Positions 61,401 to 64,000 of a stretch of DNA of 64,000 nucleotides are shown here, piece after piece; the first letter of the stretch is position 1; every line of letters begins with the position of its first letter. The DNA lies in assembly GCA_964016885.1 (NCBI GenBank), contig OZ024743.1, positions 56,606,001-56,670,000 of the forward strand. Direction: 5' to 3'. Below the pieces are notes generated by a model that was given only the letters and a program-made list of their open reading frames with translations, did not search any database and was not told the origin of the DNA. Made by a program: the position numbers and the translations under genes. This stretch comes from Eledone cirrhosa. Its lineage: Eukaryota.

Positions 61401-64000
61401 ATTCCATGTTGCCCCAGTGTTGTGTCATTGAGCAAGTCACTTTATTCCATATTGCCCCTGTGTTGTGTCATTGAGCAAGTCACTTTATTCCATATTGCCC
61501 CTGTGTTGTGTCATTGAGCAAGTCACTTTATTCCATATTGACCCAGTGTTGTGTCATTGAGCAAGTCACTTTATTCCATGTTGCTCCAGTGTTGTGTCAT
61601 TGAGCAAGTCACTTTATTCCATATTGCCCCAGTGTTGTGTCATTGAGCAAGTCACTTTATTCCATATTGCCCCTGTGTTGTGTCATTGAGCAAGTCACTT
61701 TATTCCATGTTGCCCCAGTGTTGTGTCATTGAGCAAGTCACTTTATTCCATATTGCCCCTGTGTTGTGTCATTGAGCAAGTCACTTTATTCCATGTTGCC
61801 CCAGTGTTCTGTCATTGAGCAAGTCACTTTATTCCATGTTGCCCCAGTGTTGTGTCATTGAGCAAGTCACTTTATTCCATGTTGCCCCAGTGTTGTGTCA
61901 TTGAGCAAGTCACTTTATTCCATGTTGCCCCAGTGTTGTGTCATTGAGCAAGTCACTTTATTCCATGTTGCCCCAGTGTTGTGTCATTGAGCAAGTCACT
62001 TTATTCCATATTGCCCCTGTGTTGTGTCATTGAGCAAGTCACTTTATTCCATATTTCCCCAGTGTTGTGTCATTGAGCAAGTCACTTTATTCCATGTTGC
62101 CCCAGTGTTGTGTCATTGAGCAAGTCACTTTATTCCATATTTCCCCTGTGTTGTGTCATTGAGCAAGTCACTTTATTCCATGTTGCCCCTGTGTTGTGTC
62201 ATTGAGCAAGTCACTTTATTCCATGTTGCCCCAGTGTTGTGTCATTGAGCAAGTCACTTTATTCCATATTGCCCCTGTGTTGTGTCATTGAGCCAGTCAC
62301 TTTATTCCATGTTGCCCCAGTGTTGTGTCATTGAGCAAGTCACTTTATTCCATGGTGCCCCTGTGTTGTGTCATTGAGCAAGTCACTTTATTCCATATTG
62401 CCCCTGTGTTGTGTCATTGAGCAAGTCACTTTATTCCATATTGCCCCTGTGTTGTGTCATTGAGCAAGTCACTTTATTCCATATTGCCCCTGTGTTGTGT
62501 CATTGAGCAAGTCACTTTATTCCATATTGCCCCTGTGTTGTGTCATTGAGCAAGTCACTTTATTCCATGTTGCCCCAGTGTTGTGTTCTTGAGCAAGTCA
62601 CTTTATTCCATGTTGCCCCAGTGTTGTGTCATTGAGCAAGTCACTTTATTCCATATTTCCCCAGTGTTGTGTCATTGAGCAAGTCACTTTATTCCATGTT
62701 GCCCCAGTGTTGTGTCATTGAGCAAGTCACTTTATTCCATATTTCCCCAGTGTTGTGTCATTGAGCAAGTCACTTTATTCCATGTTGCCCCTGTGTTGTG
62801 TCATTGAGCAAGTCACTTTATTCCATGTTGCCCCTGTGTTGTGTTATTGAGCAAGTCACTTTATTCCATGTTGCCCCTGTGTTGTGTCATTGAGCAAGTC
62901 ACTTTATTCCATATAGCCCCTGTGTTGTGTCATTGAGCAAGTCACTTTATTCCATGTTGCCCCTGTGTTGTGTCATTGAGCAAGTCACTCTATTCCATGT
63001 TGCCCCTGTGTTGTGTCATTGAGCAAGTCACTTTATTCCATGTTGCCCCTGTGTTGTGTCATTGAGCAAGTCACTTTATTCCATGTTGCCCCAGTGTTGT
63101 GTCATTGAGCAAGTCACTTTATTCCATATTGCCCCTGTGTTGTGTCATTGAGCAAGTCACTTTATTCCATGTTGCCCCAGTGTTGTGTCATTGAGCAAGT
63201 CACTTTATTCCATGGTGCCCCTGTGTTGTGTCATTGAGCAAGTCACTTTATTCCATGTTGCCCCAGTGTTGTGTCATTGAGCAAGTCACTTTATTCCATG
63301 TTGCCCCTGTGTTGTGTCATTGAGCAAGTCACTTTATTCCATGTTGCCCCAGTGTTGTGTCATTGAGCAAGTCACTTTATTCCATATTGCCCCTGTGTTG
63401 TGTCATTGAGCCAGTCACTTTATTCCATGTTGCCCCAGTGTTGTGTCATTGAGCAAGTCACTTTATTCCATGGTGCCCCTGTGTTGTGTCATTGAGCAAG
63501 TCACTTTATTCCATATTGCCCCTGTGTTGTGTCATTGAGCAAGTCACTTTATTCCATATTGCCCCTGTGTTGTGTCATTGAGCAAGTCACTTTATTCCAT
63601 GTTGCCCCAGTGTTGTGTTCTTGAGCAAGTCACTTTATTCCATGTTGCCCCAGTGTTGTGTTCTTGAGCAAGTCACTTTATTCCATGTTGCCCCAGTGTT
63701 GTGTCATTGAGCAAGTCACTTTATTCCATATTGCCCCAGTGTTGTGTCATTGAGCAAGTCACTTTATTCCATATTGCCCCTGTGTTGTGTCATTGAGCAA
63801 GTCACTTTATTCCATGTTGCCCCTGTGTTGTGTCATTGAGCAAGTCACTTTATTCCATGTTGCCCCTGTGTTGTGTCATTGAGCAAGTCACTTTATTCCA
63901 TGTTGCCCCTGTGTTGTGTCATTGAGCAAGTCACTTTATTCCATGTTGCCCCAGTGTTGTGTCATTGAGCAAGTCACTTTATTCCATATTGCCCCTGTGT

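Larger units (their letters stand above)
6426..64000 (+). repeat. 43-bp tandem satellite, ~1,340 head-to-tail copies, continuing beyond the window
   Basis: Consensus GTGTTGTGTCATTGAGCAAGTCACTTTATTCCAT[A/G]TTGC[C/T]CC[A/T]; 57,575 bp / 43 = ~1,339 units; no insertions or inversions seen. Confidence 0.99.

Noticed and set aside
6426-64000. CRISPR-like array (constant 34 bp plus a variable 9 bp)
   Set aside because: No unique spacers: the variable part is only three biallelic sites. No cas genes, and the context is eukaryotic retroelements.
6426-64000. Giant Cys-rich repeat protein by TGA readthrough or selenocysteine (one TGA per 43 codons)
   Set aside because: The unit is not a multiple of 3, 1-bp deletions are tolerated and amplified, and there is no start context or SECIS evidence.

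Overview
Eukaryotic (animal) non-genic DNA. The SINE families look like those of octopus/cephalopods, but this is recalled similarity, not a database result. Bases 1-6425 are a mosaic of decayed mobile elements: a Penelope-like GIY-YIG endonuclease reading frame on the minus strand (987-1863, one frameshift in a homopolymer, no reverse transcriptase) flanked by two different hammerhead-ribozyme folds (6-126 minus; 1850-1925 plus); several tRNA-derived Nin/Deu-domain-like SINEs; a Vingi/Ingi-like LINE remnant (minus) fused head-to-head to an RTE-like LINE 3' end (plus); TA-flanked inverted-repeat (MITE-like) ends; and micro/minisatellites. From ~6426 to the end of the window (~57.6 kb, ~1,340 copies, unfinished at 64000) is one head-to-tail 43-bp satellite. 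It begins directly behind a tRNA-like Pol III SINE head, and its monomer resembles the CORE-SINE (MIR-type) central domain, so the satellite appears to have arisen in place inside a single SINE copy. Rare monomer variants reveal nested higher-order duplications (offsets 300, 2105, 2279, 2492, 3266, 6832/12590 bp) and a near-perfect 7,952-bp (185-monomer) unit present ~3.3 times. No host protein-coding gene, rRNA, true tRNA or CRISPR array is supported.
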